From Candidatus Bathyarchaeota archaeon (lineage in GTDB: Archaea; Thermoproteota; Bathyarchaeia; 40CM-2-53-6), in the NCBI GenBank assembly GCA_963726255.1, contig CAVSBL010000002.1, positions 1,056,001 through 1,120,000 of the forward strand: DNA of 64,000 nt, written 5' to 3'. A program made the position numbers and the translations under genes. Shown here one piece after another: positions 20,000 to 29,942 of this stretch; positions within the stretch are counted from its first letter, which is position 1; each line of letters opens with the position of its first letter. The notes under the pieces were generated by a model. It did no database searches. It was not told the origin of the DNA and worked only from the letters and a program-made list of their open reading frames with translations.

Positions 20000-20467
20000 A
20001 TGAAGTGGGTGACTCGCGAGAATGCAAAGGTCGATAGGATTGCTTGCCCATGGTTGATCACGCACTTTGTAGATGCGAATGCTGAGTTTCTATTCGTCCA
20101 GAAAGAAAGAGTGCAAGAGGTTGCTAAGGCGGAGGGTGCGGTTCCATTTGACGCACCTGGCGTGGAACTAACTCACTATCAGGAAAATGGGAAGACGTTC
20201 GTCAGCTTCGACGCCATCATAAAGAAGTACCGGATTAAAGACGAGGCTTTAGGAGAAATGGCGCGAATTGTTCGAGGCGCTGACGCACATATCCCGGACG
20301 CACCGCCAGAATCGGCGGGCCTTGAAGCTGCAGCAATCGGCTTCAGGGAACTCACGAGAAAAGACTTCGAAAACCTGAAGCTTCAATTCCCGCTATACGA
20401 TGCGTTGTACAAATATTGCCAGCTGAAAGCACAGAAGGGCTTAGGGTTGGAGCACGCAGTCCCGTAG
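20000..20467 (+). CDS. Chromate resistance protein ChrB-like (C-terminal domain)
   Basis: MKWVTRE..KVDRIACPWLI..FVD..AEF, PFDAPGVELTH, IVRGAD. Confidence 0.88.
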   Translation: MKWVTRENAKVDRIACPWLITHFVDANAEFLFVQKERVQEVAKAEGAVPFDAPGVELTHYQENGKTFVSFDAIIKKYRIKDEALGEMARIVRGADAHIPDAPPESAGLEAAAIGFRELTRKDFENLKLQFPLYDALYKYCQLKAQKGLGLEHAVP

Positions 20468-20703
20468 TTGGCCCATGGCCTGTTCATCTACGAGTTTCCG
20501 AGGCCAAGCACAACATAGGAAAGTAGGCCAAATTCGAAGTAAGCCGAAGTAGCCTCATGTCCTGTGTGAATGTATTGGGCAGCATACACATTCAATGAAC
20601 TAGTGTATGACATCCATCTCGGCCTTAATTCGCATGCGAGAGACTCATATTCCGGTTTTTCCATACTATTGGGTTTTGAATTCAGTGGGGGCGTTGAGAC
20701 GAC

Positions 20704-22827
20704 TTGGCAGCTCCGGAGCCTAAGGCAAAACGGGTCAGGTTACGACAGGTCCTAGTCGAGCCCTCCTTGGTTATACAACCCCAAGTTCACATGCCCCAAC
20801 CTAGTTTCGGATCGCTAACGGAGATTACGCCGTTCAAGGGCGGATTCTTTCACCATCCGCTTACACTAAACCCCAAAGTCGCTAAGGAAACCTACCGCCA
20901 AGCCGGCTTAAGGCTAAAGTACTCCCCTCGCGCCCTGAAACTCATTCGTGAACACCGTGCCGTACTCTTCGAATATGACAAAGACGGCATCGTATGGGTC
21001 AAGCCAGTGAAGGGCGATTCACTAAGAGAAATTCTCGACGACCGAACCTTCAAGACATACGCCATCTGGAGCCCCTATTATGACGCTTACCGCCTTCGGC
21101 AAGCTGGGTCAGTAAGGTTCGCTAAGCGCGCATTCGAAGAGGATGATGTGCGCGTTGAACTCAAGAACTTCCCTGAGAGCGAAATTCAACTACAGGCTAT
21201 TCGGGCTCCGCGAAAGGTCAACGTAACACTTTACCCTTTTCAACGGAAAGCGGTGGATTTCATTCTAAGGAACGATGGTCGGACCTGCCTCTTTGATGAA
21301 ATGGGGCTCGGCAAAACTATCACGGCCACGACAGCCCTCTTGGGGCTTGTCAGGGAGAGAAAGGCGTCCAGAGCCATCATCGTCGCGCCGAACGCTGTGA
21401 TCGAACAATGGCGTGGTGAGTTGGTTGAGAAATTCAAGCTTGAACCAACCTTAGTCTCATCTAAGCGCACATTGAATGAGCGTATGATGCTCTACGATGA
21501 TCCACTCATCGTGATGAACTATGAACTACTCAGAACGGACGTGGAGTTGATACTTCAGAAGAACTTCGACACCTTGATCTTAGATGAGGTCACCCGAGTC
21601 AAGAACTGGGATACGCAAACGAGCGAAGCGGCGAAGAAACTCATCGTCAGAAACGTTATCGCCTTGACCGGCACCCCCCTCGAAAACCATCTGGGGGAGC
21701 TCTACAACATTGTCAGTATCGTGAAACCTGGCTTCTTCGGCCGCTATAACGAAGACTTTCTCGCCAGATTTACGCTCAAACTTTCTGGTCAAGGGTGGCA
21801 GGGTTCCAGGCCCATCGTCAACCCGGAAACACTCCCCGAGCTAAGAAGAGAGCTACGAACGATATCTATTCGAAGAACGAAGAACCAAGTCCTGAAACAA
21901 TTGCCCGCGCTCACGGTTCAGTACGTGTACACGGAACCGGCGAAAAACCAGAAGATGATTTACGATATACTCCAAGAAAGCCTGGGCGAGACGGTTCTCG
22001 AAGAGTTCGCCTATAGCGAAAGCAACAAAGCCGGTCCGAACCCATTCACGGCCAACCGTATCAGGCTCTACACGCTCCTACGCGAAGCGTGCGCAGACAT
22101 AAGCATGATAGCTGGCTACCTTCGGCGCAAGCAGCGCGAAAACACCGAGGACGCGCAGTCCCTCCGGGAGTCGCCCATCTTCAGGAAATTAATCAGGGCA
22201 CTAGCAGACCTCGAACCGGAGAATGCGAAGCTAGTCGAACTGAAGGAGCTAGTGAACGACCTGACTGAACAAGGGCACAAATTAGTGGTTTTCTCACAAT
22301 TTGTCGCGGTCGTTAACCTGATTCAGGAAGAACTATCCAACCAAGGTGTTCCAACTCTCGTTTACCATGGACAACTTTCCGACGACGTCCGAACATTGCA
22401 TCTGAAACAGTTCGTGGAACAATCCGAGTACCGCATCCTAGCCAGCACAGATGCGGGGCAATTCGGTTTAAACCTGCAAGCCGCAGATGTCGTGGTTAAC
22501 TACGACTTGCCCTGGAACCCAGCACGGTTACAACAACGCATTGCCCGCCTGCACCGAATCGGTCAGACCAACAAGGTTCTCGCAGTAAACTTTGTTGTGA
22601 AAGGCACGGTCGAAGAACATGTCCGTGACGTGTTGGAACGAAAACGAAAACTGTTCAGGGACGTGACGGTCAGTGAAATATCGGAGAGCGAAGATTTGTC
22701 GCTTGAGGAATTGAGGGAGGTTTTCGGATTTGATATGCATAGGCTGGCGGAAACGATACGCGAACGTTATGGGTTACGTGTGGAAAGCTCAGGCGGGAAT
22801 CGTCTTCCTGAGAAACACCGAGAGTGA
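20704..22827 (+). CDS. SNF2-family (Swi2/Snf2) helicase/ATPase
   Basis: LFDEMGLGKT, ILDEV, LTGTPLENHLGEL, VVFSQF, GLNLQAAD, DLPWNP..LQQRIARLHRIGQ. Confidence 0.95.
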   Translation: MAAPEPKAKRVRLRQVLVEPSLVIQPQVHMPQPSFGSLTEITPFKGGFFHHPLTLNPKVAKETYRQAGLRLKYSPRALKLIREHRAVLFEYDKDGIVWVKPVKGDSLREILDDRTFKTYAIWSPYYDAYRLRQAGSVRFAKRAFEEDDVRVELKNFPESEIQLQAIRAPRKVNVTLYPFQRKAVDFILRNDGRTCLFDEMGLGKTITATTALLGLVRERKASRAIIVAPNAVIEQWRGELVEKFKLEPTLVSSKRTLNERMMLYDDPLIVMNYELLRTDVELILQKNFDTLILDEVTRVKNWDTQTSEAAKKLIVRNVIALTGTPLENHLGELYNIVSIVKPGFFGRYNEDFLARFTLKLSGQGWQGSRPIVNPETLPELRRELRTISIRRTKNQVLKQLPALTVQYVYTEPAKNQKMIYDILQESLGETVLEEFAYSESNKAGPNPFTANRIRLYTLLREACADISMIAGYLRRKQRENTEDAQSLRESPIFRKLIRALADLEPENAKLVELKELVNDLTEQGHKLVVFSQFVAVVNLIQEELSNQGVPTLVYHGQLSDDVRTLHLKQFVEQSEYRILASTDAGQFGLNLQAADVVVNYDLPWNPARLQQRIARLHRIGQTNKVLAVNFVVKGTVEEHVRDVLERKRKLFRDVTVSEISESEDLSLEELREVFGFDMHRLAETIRERYGLRVESSGGNRLPEKHRE

Positions 22828-23150
22828 CACGGGAGAAGTTTCACTCATCTCTCAGGCGTATTAGGAGTGGGGTTGCTAAGGTTGGATTGACGGAAGTGGA
22901 AACCTTCTGCGAAGCATGCAGCCCACCTAGAATTCCCAGATACGAAGGCCGAAAGCTCGTGTTGGAACACGCTGGCTGTAACTGCAAATGCCCTGACACC
23001 GTCTTCGAACCTCGCGGACCAAGGTGCCCTCGGTGCGATCATCTCGTTAAGATCGAGCTCACGGATCGATGGGACGACCCCTTTATCTGGATGGACCCAA
23101 AAACCCACAGCCCCGTCAAGCTCGACGCAGTGAAACCACTGGCCGAGTAG
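22824..23150 (+). CDS. Small Cys/His-rich putative zinc-binding protein
   Basis: CEAC, HAGCNC, CPRC motifs; GTGA overlap with the SNF2 stop. Confidence 0.65.
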   Translation: MTREKFHSSLRRIRSGVAKVGLTEVETFCEACSPPRIPRYEGRKLVLEHAGCNCKCPDTVFEPRGPRCPRCDHLVKIELTDRWDDPFIWMDPKTHSPVKLDAVKPLAE

Positions 23151-23229
23151 ATCTTCTCGTCTCAATCCATGTTGCCTGTTGATTGCCTTGAGTTAGGGCG
23201 CTTTGAGAGGTCGGACACATCACCCCAGC

Positions 23230-23289
23230 TGGCACCACCCGACTATGCTTGGAGCCATTTGGCACCACCCGACAAGTGCTGGGACCACT
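23230..23289 (+). repeat. Imperfect 30-bp direct repeat x2 (core tggcaccacccgac)
   Basis: tggcaccacccgactatgcttggagccatt / tggcaccacccgacaagtgctgggaccact, upstream of the Lon-like gene. Confidence 0.75.
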
Positions 23290-23334
23290 AGGAAGTCAGT
23301 AAAGTAATTAGCCTACGCTCTTCCGAAGACCCGC

Positions 23335-25737
23335 TTGATCCCTTTGCCTTCTGAACTACCAACCACTAGCTTGCGCTGGACCTGCGACCCCAAGATTATC
23401 GGAGCAAAATCCACGGAGGAAATCAAGCCTCTCGATGTGTTAGTTGGCCAACCACGAGCTTACGAAGCACTGAGATTTGGCTTCAGCATCAAAGAACACG
23501 GCTTCAACATTTTCGCGGCCGGCCCACAAGCAACTGGCAAGACAACCACTACAACCGACTTCCTAGAGGACATCGCGAAGAAATTGCCCACCCCCTACGA
23601 CTGGTGCTATGTTCACAATTTCGAGGATGACTATCAACCCAAGGCACTACGCTGCCCCCCCGGGCTTGGAAAGCAGCTCAAACAGGACATGCGTGAAATG
23701 ATTCAAGCCGCACGCCTCGCAATTTCACAATTATTCGAAGGGGACGACTACGCTGCGAAGCGCGATGAGATGTCCCGGAAACTGAACAAGCGGAGACAAG
23801 AGGTGATTACACAGATGGGCCAGGTTGCAGAAAGCGCAGGATTCGCGATGCAACTCACAGCCCTGGGCATCTCCTTAGTCCCAGTCGTGAAAGGCCACCC
23901 GTTGTCGGAAGAGGAGTTCCTATCGCTGCCCAAAGAAAGCCAGCAGAAATTTGCTGAGCAGCGTGAAACAATGAAAGAGAAACTTCAGCCCCTCATGAGA
24001 GAACTTCGAGATCTCGAATTGAAAGCACACGATGAAATGGCCAAATTCGACAAAGATGTAACCCTGTACGCTATCGAACGTCTAATGTCAAGCCTACTCG
24101 AGAAGTATAAGCAAGATAAGGGAATCACAGATTTTCTGCACGAGATTCAGACACACATAGTGGAGGACTTGGACAGGTCCTTCAGAGGACGGCGAGGAGA
24201 CAAGAAAGAAACAGATCAAGACGCCTCGGCGGACGATTTGGCCTTCCGAGTTTATGATGTTAACGTTATCGCTGACAATTCAGGAGTGCAAGGCGCCCCC
24301 ATTGTCGTAGAAAGCAACCCCACCTATGATAATGTGCTCGGCCGAATAGAGAAGGAAAGCCAGCTCGGAACTCTGACAACCGATTTCACACTGATTCGAG
24401 GCGGCTCCTTACACGAGGCAAATGGCGGATTCCTAATAATCCGTGCAGAACAGATCCTTCGCGACCTGAACGTCTACGAGGGTTTGAAACGCACGCTTAA
24501 GGCCGGGGAGATTGTCATCGAAGATCTACCACAGAGGGTAGGATACGCGAGTGTAAAGAGCCTGGCCCCCCAGCCGATACCCTTGGATGTGAAGGTCGTC
24601 CTGATCGGCGATTCTTCCACGTACCAACTACTCTTCGCTTACGACCCTGAATTCCGTGAACTCTTCAAGGTGAAAGCAGATTTCGATTCAACCATGGAAA
24701 AAATTGATAGCAATCTCAAAAACTATGCAGGGTTCTTCACGACTCTGGTGGTAAACGAGAATCTGAAACACCTCGACGCATCAGCCCTAGCTCGACTTCT
24801 AGAGCACAGTTCACGGCTTGCTGAAGACCAGACCAAGCTGTCAACCCAATTTGGCCTCGTGGCGGATGTTGTGCGTGAAGCACATTTCTATGCCTCGCAG
24901 GAAAATGCGAAGTACATAACGGCATCGCATGTTGAGAAGGCGATTGAGGCCAAGGTCTATCGTTCAAACCTGGTGCAGGATAAGATCAAGGAATACATTC
25001 AGCGAAATGTGATTTTCATCTCAACCGATGGAGCCGCGGTTGGTCAGATTAACGGGTTGTCAGTTCTGAGCGTGGGCGACTTTTCGTTCGGCGCCCCGTC
25101 ACGCATAACCGTTGCAGTCGGGCTCGGAAAGGAGGGGTTGATAGATGTTCAAAGAGAAGTCCACATGAGCGGCCCGATACATGGGAAAGGGATTATGATC
25201 ATTGCTGGATATTTGGCCTCAAAGTTCGCTTACGATAAGCCCCTGACTCTGTCAGCCAGAATAGTTTTCGAACAGAACTATGAAGGAGTTGAAGGAGATA
25301 GTGCATCGAGCACAGAACTATACGCCTTGCTCTCCGCACTTTCCGGCGCCCCGATCAAACAGAACTTCGCAGTAACCGGTTCAGTAAACCAGAATGGCGA
25401 CGTGCAGCCAATTGGAGGAGCTAACGAGAAAATTGAAGGCTACTACGAAATCTGTAAGGCGAGAGGCCTGAACGGGCAGCACAGCGTAATCATTCCGGCA
25501 AGCAACGTTCAGAACCTCATGTTGAAGCAGGAGGTGGTCGACGCCGTGAAGGTAGGGAAGTTTCACATTTACCCTGTCAAAACCATTGAGGAAGGTATTG
25601 AAGTCTTGACCGGCGTCCCAGCTGGAAAGCGGCTGCCGAACGGGGGCTACGAGGAGGACTCTATCTACGGGCGAGTGGACAAGCGGTTACGGGAGATGGC
25701 GGAGACAGTCAAACGTTTCCAAGCGTTCGCCGCGTAA
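23335..25737 (+). CDS. Lon-like ATP-dependent protease (LonC/YcbZ type, S16)
   Basis: GQPRA, Walker A GPQATGKT, ANGG, GQINGLSV, VEGDSASS (catalytic Ser), GGANEKIEG (Lys). Confidence 0.92.
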   Translation: MIPLPSELPTTSLRWTCDPKIIGAKSTEEIKPLDVLVGQPRAYEALRFGFSIKEHGFNIFAAGPQATGKTTTTTDFLEDIAKKLPTPYDWCYVHNFEDDYQPKALRCPPGLGKQLKQDMREMIQAARLAISQLFEGDDYAAKRDEMSRKLNKRRQEVITQMGQVAESAGFAMQLTALGISLVPVVKGHPLSEEEFLSLPKESQQKFAEQRETMKEKLQPLMRELRDLELKAHDEMAKFDKDVTLYAIERLMSSLLEKYKQDKGITDFLHEIQTHIVEDLDRSFRGRRGDKKETDQDASADDLAFRVYDVNVIADNSGVQGAPIVVESNPTYDNVLGRIEKESQLGTLTTDFTLIRGGSLHEANGGFLIIRAEQILRDLNVYEGLKRTLKAGEIVIEDLPQRVGYASVKSLAPQPIPLDVKVVLIGDSSTYQLLFAYDPEFRELFKVKADFDSTMEKIDSNLKNYAGFFTTLVVNENLKHLDASALARLLEHSSRLAEDQTKLSTQFGLVADVVREAHFYASQENAKYITASHVEKAIEAKVYRSNLVQDKIKEYIQRNVIFISTDGAAVGQINGLSVLSVGDFSFGAPSRITVAVGLGKEGLIDVQREVHMSGPIHGKGIMIIAGYLASKFAYDKPLTLSARIVFEQNYEGVEGDSASSTELYALLSALSGAPIKQNFAVTGSVNQNGDVQPIGGANEKIEGYYEICKARGLNGQHSVIIPASNVQNLMLKQEVVDAVKVGKFHIYPVKTIEEGIEVLTGVPAGKRLPNGGYEEDSIYGRVDKRLREMAETVKRFQAFAA

Positions 25738-25749
25738 GTGGAGCCTTGT

Positions 25750-26880
25750 TCACTCTAATACGTGGATGTTCTTCTTCGCGCACATGTCTTTCAGGATCTT
25801 TGGCCAGACAGTGACGCTAACTTCGCCCAAGTGCGCCTTCTTCAGTAGGAGCATGTAGGTTCGTGATTGCCCTATACCGCCCCCTATGCTGAGCGGCAGC
25901 TCGTTGTTTACGATGCCTCGGTGGTAGGGGAACTTCAGGAAATCCAACTGCCCGGTGATTTCCAGTTGCTTCTTGAGAGAGCTGGCGTTGACGCGGATGC
26001 CCATGGAGGTTAGTTCATGGCGGCGCCGTGTCACCGGATTCCAGACCAGAATGTCGCCGTTGAGGCCGTGCATTGTCCTACCGTCTTCGGACTTTGTTTC
26101 CGTAACCCAATCGTCGTAGTCGGCCGCCCTCATCTCATGTGGGTACCCATCCTTGAGTACCCAACCAATTCCAATTATGAAAATAGCTGGATACTTTTGG
26201 AGTATCGCTGTCTCACGCGCCTTGCGAGGCATGTCCGGGTACTTGTCGAGGATGTCTTCGGCGTGGAGAAAAGTGATTTCGTCTGGCAGGCTGGGATATT
26301 TCGAGGTTTGTAGCTGAGGAAAGAGCTTTTGCGCGTGGGTTTCAGCGCCTTTAAGGACCTTCCAAATTTTCCGAACGGTTTCCTTTAGGTAATCCAAGTT
26401 CCGCTGGTCTTCAGTTACCACTTTCTCCCAATCCCACTGGTCCACGTAGGCGCTATGGTCGTGGTCCAAGAAGTAGTCCTTGCGAACCGCACGCATGTCG
26501 GTGCAAATTCCTTCACCGACTCGAAGGCCGAATTGTCTCAACGCGACTCGTTTCCATTTAGTCGCAGCCTGCACTACTTGCGCATCGATCGGGTTCTTGT
26601 TATAATCGTTGGATATGTGAAATTGGATTGGGGTACGTGAGCCGTCTCGGTCGAGTAGGTCGTTGACTCCGCTTTCGGCGTCAACAATCAGCGGCACCTG
26701 TACCATCATTAGGTTGAGTTCTTTGCACAGGTTCTCCTCAATGTAGCCCTTGACAGCGAAGATAGCCTTCTGCGTGTCTTGCGGCGTCAGAAGGGAACTG
26801 TAATCACTTGGGAGAACCTTCTCAAGCTCATCATAACTACCGATGCCCGGCCCAGCCAAGTCCGCCTTCTTGCTAGACAT
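25750..26880 (-). CDS. asnA: Aspartate--ammonia ligase (asparagine synthetase A)
   Basis: KWKR, HSAYVDQWDWE, RAADYDDW, LNGDILVWN, SMGIRV, SIGGGIGQSR; start could be up to 26946. Confidence 0.93.
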   Translation of the reverse strand: MSSKKADLAGPGIGSYDELEKVLPSDYSSLLTPQDTQKAIFAVKGYIEENLCKELNLMMVQVPLIVDAESGVNDLLDRDGSRTPIQFHISNDYNKNPIDAQVVQAATKWKRVALRQFGLRVGEGICTDMRAVRKDYFLDHDHSAYVDQWDWEKVVTEDQRNLDYLKETVRKIWKVLKGAETHAQKLFPQLQTSKYPSLPDEITFLHAEDILDKYPDMPRKARETAILQKYPAIFIIGIGWVLKDGYPHEMRAADYDDWVTETKSEDGRTMHGLNGDILVWNPVTRRRHELTSMGIRVNASSLKKQLEITGQLDFLKFPYHRGIVNNELPLSIGGGIGQSRTYMLLLKKAHLGEVSVTVWPKILKDMCAKKNIHVLE

Positions 26881-27078
26881 TGCTCTCTTCGCTTTGGGAA
26901 AGAAAGTGTCCTTATTACGCATGCTTCTGCTTTCCACGACTGGCAAAATGGAAATTCACTTGTCAGGAGTGTGACACACCCAAACGTTGGGTGGGCACAC
27001 CCTACGTCGAAGCAGCTCCTAGCCTGTCACACGCGAAACAAGAGTAAGGTGTACTCGAGTCCTGCCCTCGTCTCCCGA

Positions 27079-28704
27079 TCATCTTGATGATCCAGTGACA
27101 GCCTTGGCTGTCATCGATGGTTTGTGAGGGGCATAGAAGATGCTGAGGACTGCCTTGAAGCCTACTGTTCGTATGATGTTTACTGAGAAGACGGCGTAAC
27201 CTGAGGCCAGGATGACTGCTCCGACGAGGGCTGCATTCATGTATGGTTCGAACGGCCCAAGGCCGTTTATGTAGAGCATCCTTCTTAGCATGCCCGCTAC
27301 TCCAGCGAGCCCCATGCTTAGACCCATCACAAGACCGCCAATCGTCCACAGAATCAGTTGCACATCCGCGAGACGTTCATTGAGTTGCTTACCTGTCAGC
27401 ATCGGGAACAGTGCATAGATGGCTGCAAAGATCGTGAGACCCAGGCCGATTAGGAGTTGTACATGTGCGTGAATTCCCACGATCCATTGAGTGTTATGGA
27501 AATATCGGTTAACCGCATAATTGGCTTGTATTATCCCAGCTGTACCGCCTATACCGTAACCCATGATGGAGACAAGAACATACTTCAGCGGAGCCGTGTA
27601 CTTGACCGGCCACGCCAACCACAGCGTCATTAGCACCGCGAATATTGTCAATCCCATTGTAACTAGTTCCCCCCATGTTACAATTTGACCCTCAACGAGA
27701 AGGCCCAGGGGTTGAGGCGTGTCAGCCATCATATGATGACCCCAAACTCCCATTGAGACCAAGAGATCTGCGAGAATCACTGACCTTACAACGTTCTCAC
27801 CGTATAGCTTCCGATTCAAGAGCAACGGAACTATGAGATACCATGTCGCGGCAGTGAACATCAGAACGTTCCCGTCGGCAATCATATCCAAACCCCACCA
27901 AAACACGTTCTTGTAGACCAGAGGATCAATCAGCGTTGGACTGAGAGCCATTGAGGGAACGAGATAGGCAATTCCGTAGATTGATAGTAGAACGCCCACT
28001 CCTCCCATGACCACTGCATTGATTGTAGTGTCAACACAGCCCCTGAATACGCCCACAACGAATACTGGAAAGGTGAAGACCTTACTTGTGTAGTCCGGCA
28101 CTCCACGAATCTTAGCTCTGAGCTTGTCTACGTTGAAAGCTGTGACAATCAATTCCCTAGCCACGAAGGCCGGCTTGGGCTGAGAGCTGACTTTCGGACG
28201 TAGTGGGAGAAAGATTGTTGCGAACATGTTGAAGAAGAACGCTAAGACGGCTGCGAAGATTAGGATCATACCTACCCCAAACGGAAGAATGCTTACGGGA
28301 TTCCACCCTACGGTTTTAACCGCGACGGGAAGCGGCCAATAGAGAGTGTAAAGCGGAGCATAATGCGTGATGAAAGTAGTTGTCCAAACCGTCATTACGC
28401 CCACGGTCATTAGAAGAAAGGAAGCGTTCGCAGTCTTCCTGCTGTAAATATCACGACCCAACACGTACGGAACAAGGAAGTAGAATGCCCCCATCACCGC
28501 CATGTAAGCGAACCCATAAATCAAGACGAACGGGTGCGCGGTCAACATGGCATAGAAATGTTGCGGGTCCAATCCTAGCAGGGGAAGGTCTATGTTATCA
28601 ACCCGACCTCGCATCATAACGCCTTCTATTCCACCAAGGCCTAGGAAAAGCAGAGAAACGACCACGAACCTTAGCGAGAGGATCTTCCGTTCATCCTCGT
28701 TCAA
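27079..28704 (-). CDS. Heme-copper oxidase superfamily subunit I, gNOR-like
   Basis: Helix II His (TAHP), WGHH and HAH heme ligands are present. The helix VI HPxVY motif is replaced by WWGLDMIADGNVL. Confidence 0.85.
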   Translation of the reverse strand: MNEDERKILSLRFVVVSLLFLGLGGIEGVMMRGRVDNIDLPLLGLDPQHFYAMLTAHPFVLIYGFAYMAVMGAFYFLVPYVLGRDIYSRKTANASFLLMTVGVMTVWTTTFITHYAPLYTLYWPLPVAVKTVGWNPVSILPFGVGMILIFAAVLAFFFNMFATIFLPLRPKVSSQPKPAFVARELIVTAFNVDKLRAKIRGVPDYTSKVFTFPVFVVGVFRGCVDTTINAVVMGGVGVLLSIYGIAYLVPSMALSPTLIDPLVYKNVFWWGLDMIADGNVLMFTAATWYLIVPLLLNRKLYGENVVRSVILADLLVSMGVWGHHMMADTPQPLGLLVEGQIVTWGELVTMGLTIFAVLMTLWLAWPVKYTAPLKYVLVSIMGYGIGGTAGIIQANYAVNRYFHNTQWIVGIHAHVQLLIGLGLTIFAAIYALFPMLTGKQLNERLADVQLILWTIGGLVMGLSMGLAGVAGMLRRMLYINGLGPFEPYMNAALVGAVILASGYAVFSVNIIRTVGFKAVLSIFYAPHKPSMTAKAVTGSSR

Positions 28705-28707
28705 AGC

Positions 28708-29289
28708 TTAACCCTCCACCTGGATAGCGTTTGGAACATACATCAACGGGTTTTGCGGACCACTGTACTCCGTTGACCGAACGTCATAGAATCCCGGCTC
28801 GTCGAAAACCCACCTCAGAGTATTCTTGTAGGGTTCTGGAACGACCTGCATTTGAAAAACCATAGTCCCATCCTTCCTAAAGACGCCGAACCCGTACGTC
28901 ACGTCATGGGAAACCACAACGAACTCAACGACCTTCCCAACGGGAATTGTGACCGGTTGCTGCGGCATGACGAAATGGTAATTGTCAACTTGAATAGTGA
29001 CCGTCATGACCGGAGTCGACTGCACCCATAACCCGTAGTCCGCGGAAGGGATCAGCGGAGAGAGCGTAACAAGGTTCCCCAGCAGAACCACAGCGAGGAG
29101 AAAGTACAGCCAATTGCGTTCACTCCCATGCATCCCACGATTAACATCAATCTCACGTGACCCTGCCTTCGAATCCGCATCGTGCCTCTTTGGTGCCTTT
29201 CGACTATAGACATAGAAGACTGAAACGAACGAAATAATTACGGCAATAAGCACGAGGTAGAAAATCTCAAAGGCATATTGCATGATCAA
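28708..29289 (-). CDS. Heme-copper oxidase subunit II-like cupredoxin lacking CuA ligands
   Basis: 2 TMs plus cupredoxin domain. SHDVTYGF and RSTEYSGPQNPLM replace the canonical DVxH and CxExCGxxHxxM motifs. Confidence 0.85.
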   Translation of the reverse strand: MIMQYAFEIFYLVLIAVIISFVSVFYVYSRKAPKRHDADSKAGSREIDVNRGMHGSERNWLYFLLAVVLLGNLVTLSPLIPSADYGLWVQSTPVMTVTIQVDNYHFVMPQQPVTIPVGKVVEFVVVSHDVTYGFGVFRKDGTMVFQMQVVPEPYKNTLRWVFDEPGFYDVRSTEYSGPQNPLMYVPNAIQVEG

Positions 29290-29476
29290 GGGCTATCGCC
29301 TTAAGAGCACCCAATAATCTGTGCCTGGAGCTGTTTGGCTTTTGGTCCTTACAGTAAAGACTCGTCACTACCAATTTCATTTGCCTTGGGCTACGGAACA
29401 AAGCATTTACAGACCCACGTCTTCTGAGTTTCAGTCAATAGCACGAAAACGTAGGACAGAGGAGAGACGACCGAAA

Positions 29477-29854
29477 TTGCCCCAAGAATCTGAATTGAGG
29501 ATCGGCTCCGTTGTTATTGATTGCATCAATTTCGACGAGATGTTGGCGTTCTGGCAGGAGGCGCTCCATTACGTTCCGAGAGAACCAGCTGAGGGCGGCT
29601 GGGTAGTTCTTCGGGACCCTGCTGGAAGAAACACGAATGTGTCTTTGAACCAGGTTTCAGTTTCAGAAAAACTCATGGGCAGAAACTGGCTACACTTCGA
29701 CCTCTACACCAACGACCAGAAGGGCGAGGTAGAGCGGCTGCTCAGGATAGGAGCTGCACGCCATCCGCAGACCTATGAACCTGATGATGATTTCATTGTC
29801 CTAGAAGACCCCGATGGCAACCTCTTCTGCGTGGTCGACATAAGCAAGCGTTGA
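29477..29854 (+). CDS. VOC family protein
   Basis: IGSVVIDC...FWQEAL, NWLHFDL, VLEDPDGNLFCV; start placed at TTG after GGAG. Confidence 0.85.
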   Translation: MPQESELRIGSVVIDCINFDEMLAFWQEALHYVPREPAEGGWVVLRDPAGRNTNVSLNQVSVSEKLMGRNWLHFDLYTNDQKGEVERLLRIGAARHPQTYEPDDDFIVLEDPDGNLFCVVDISKR

Positions 29855-29942
29855 CATTCTTAGATGCTCAGAAGCTCTTTTTCAAGGGTTCGAAAGCCTT
29901 CCAAAACCCAATCCTTGACGACAACTACAGCCAAATCCAGCC

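Noticed and set aside
27079-29289. Canonical cytochrome c oxidase
   Set aside because: The HPxVY motif and the CuA Cys/His ligands are missing.
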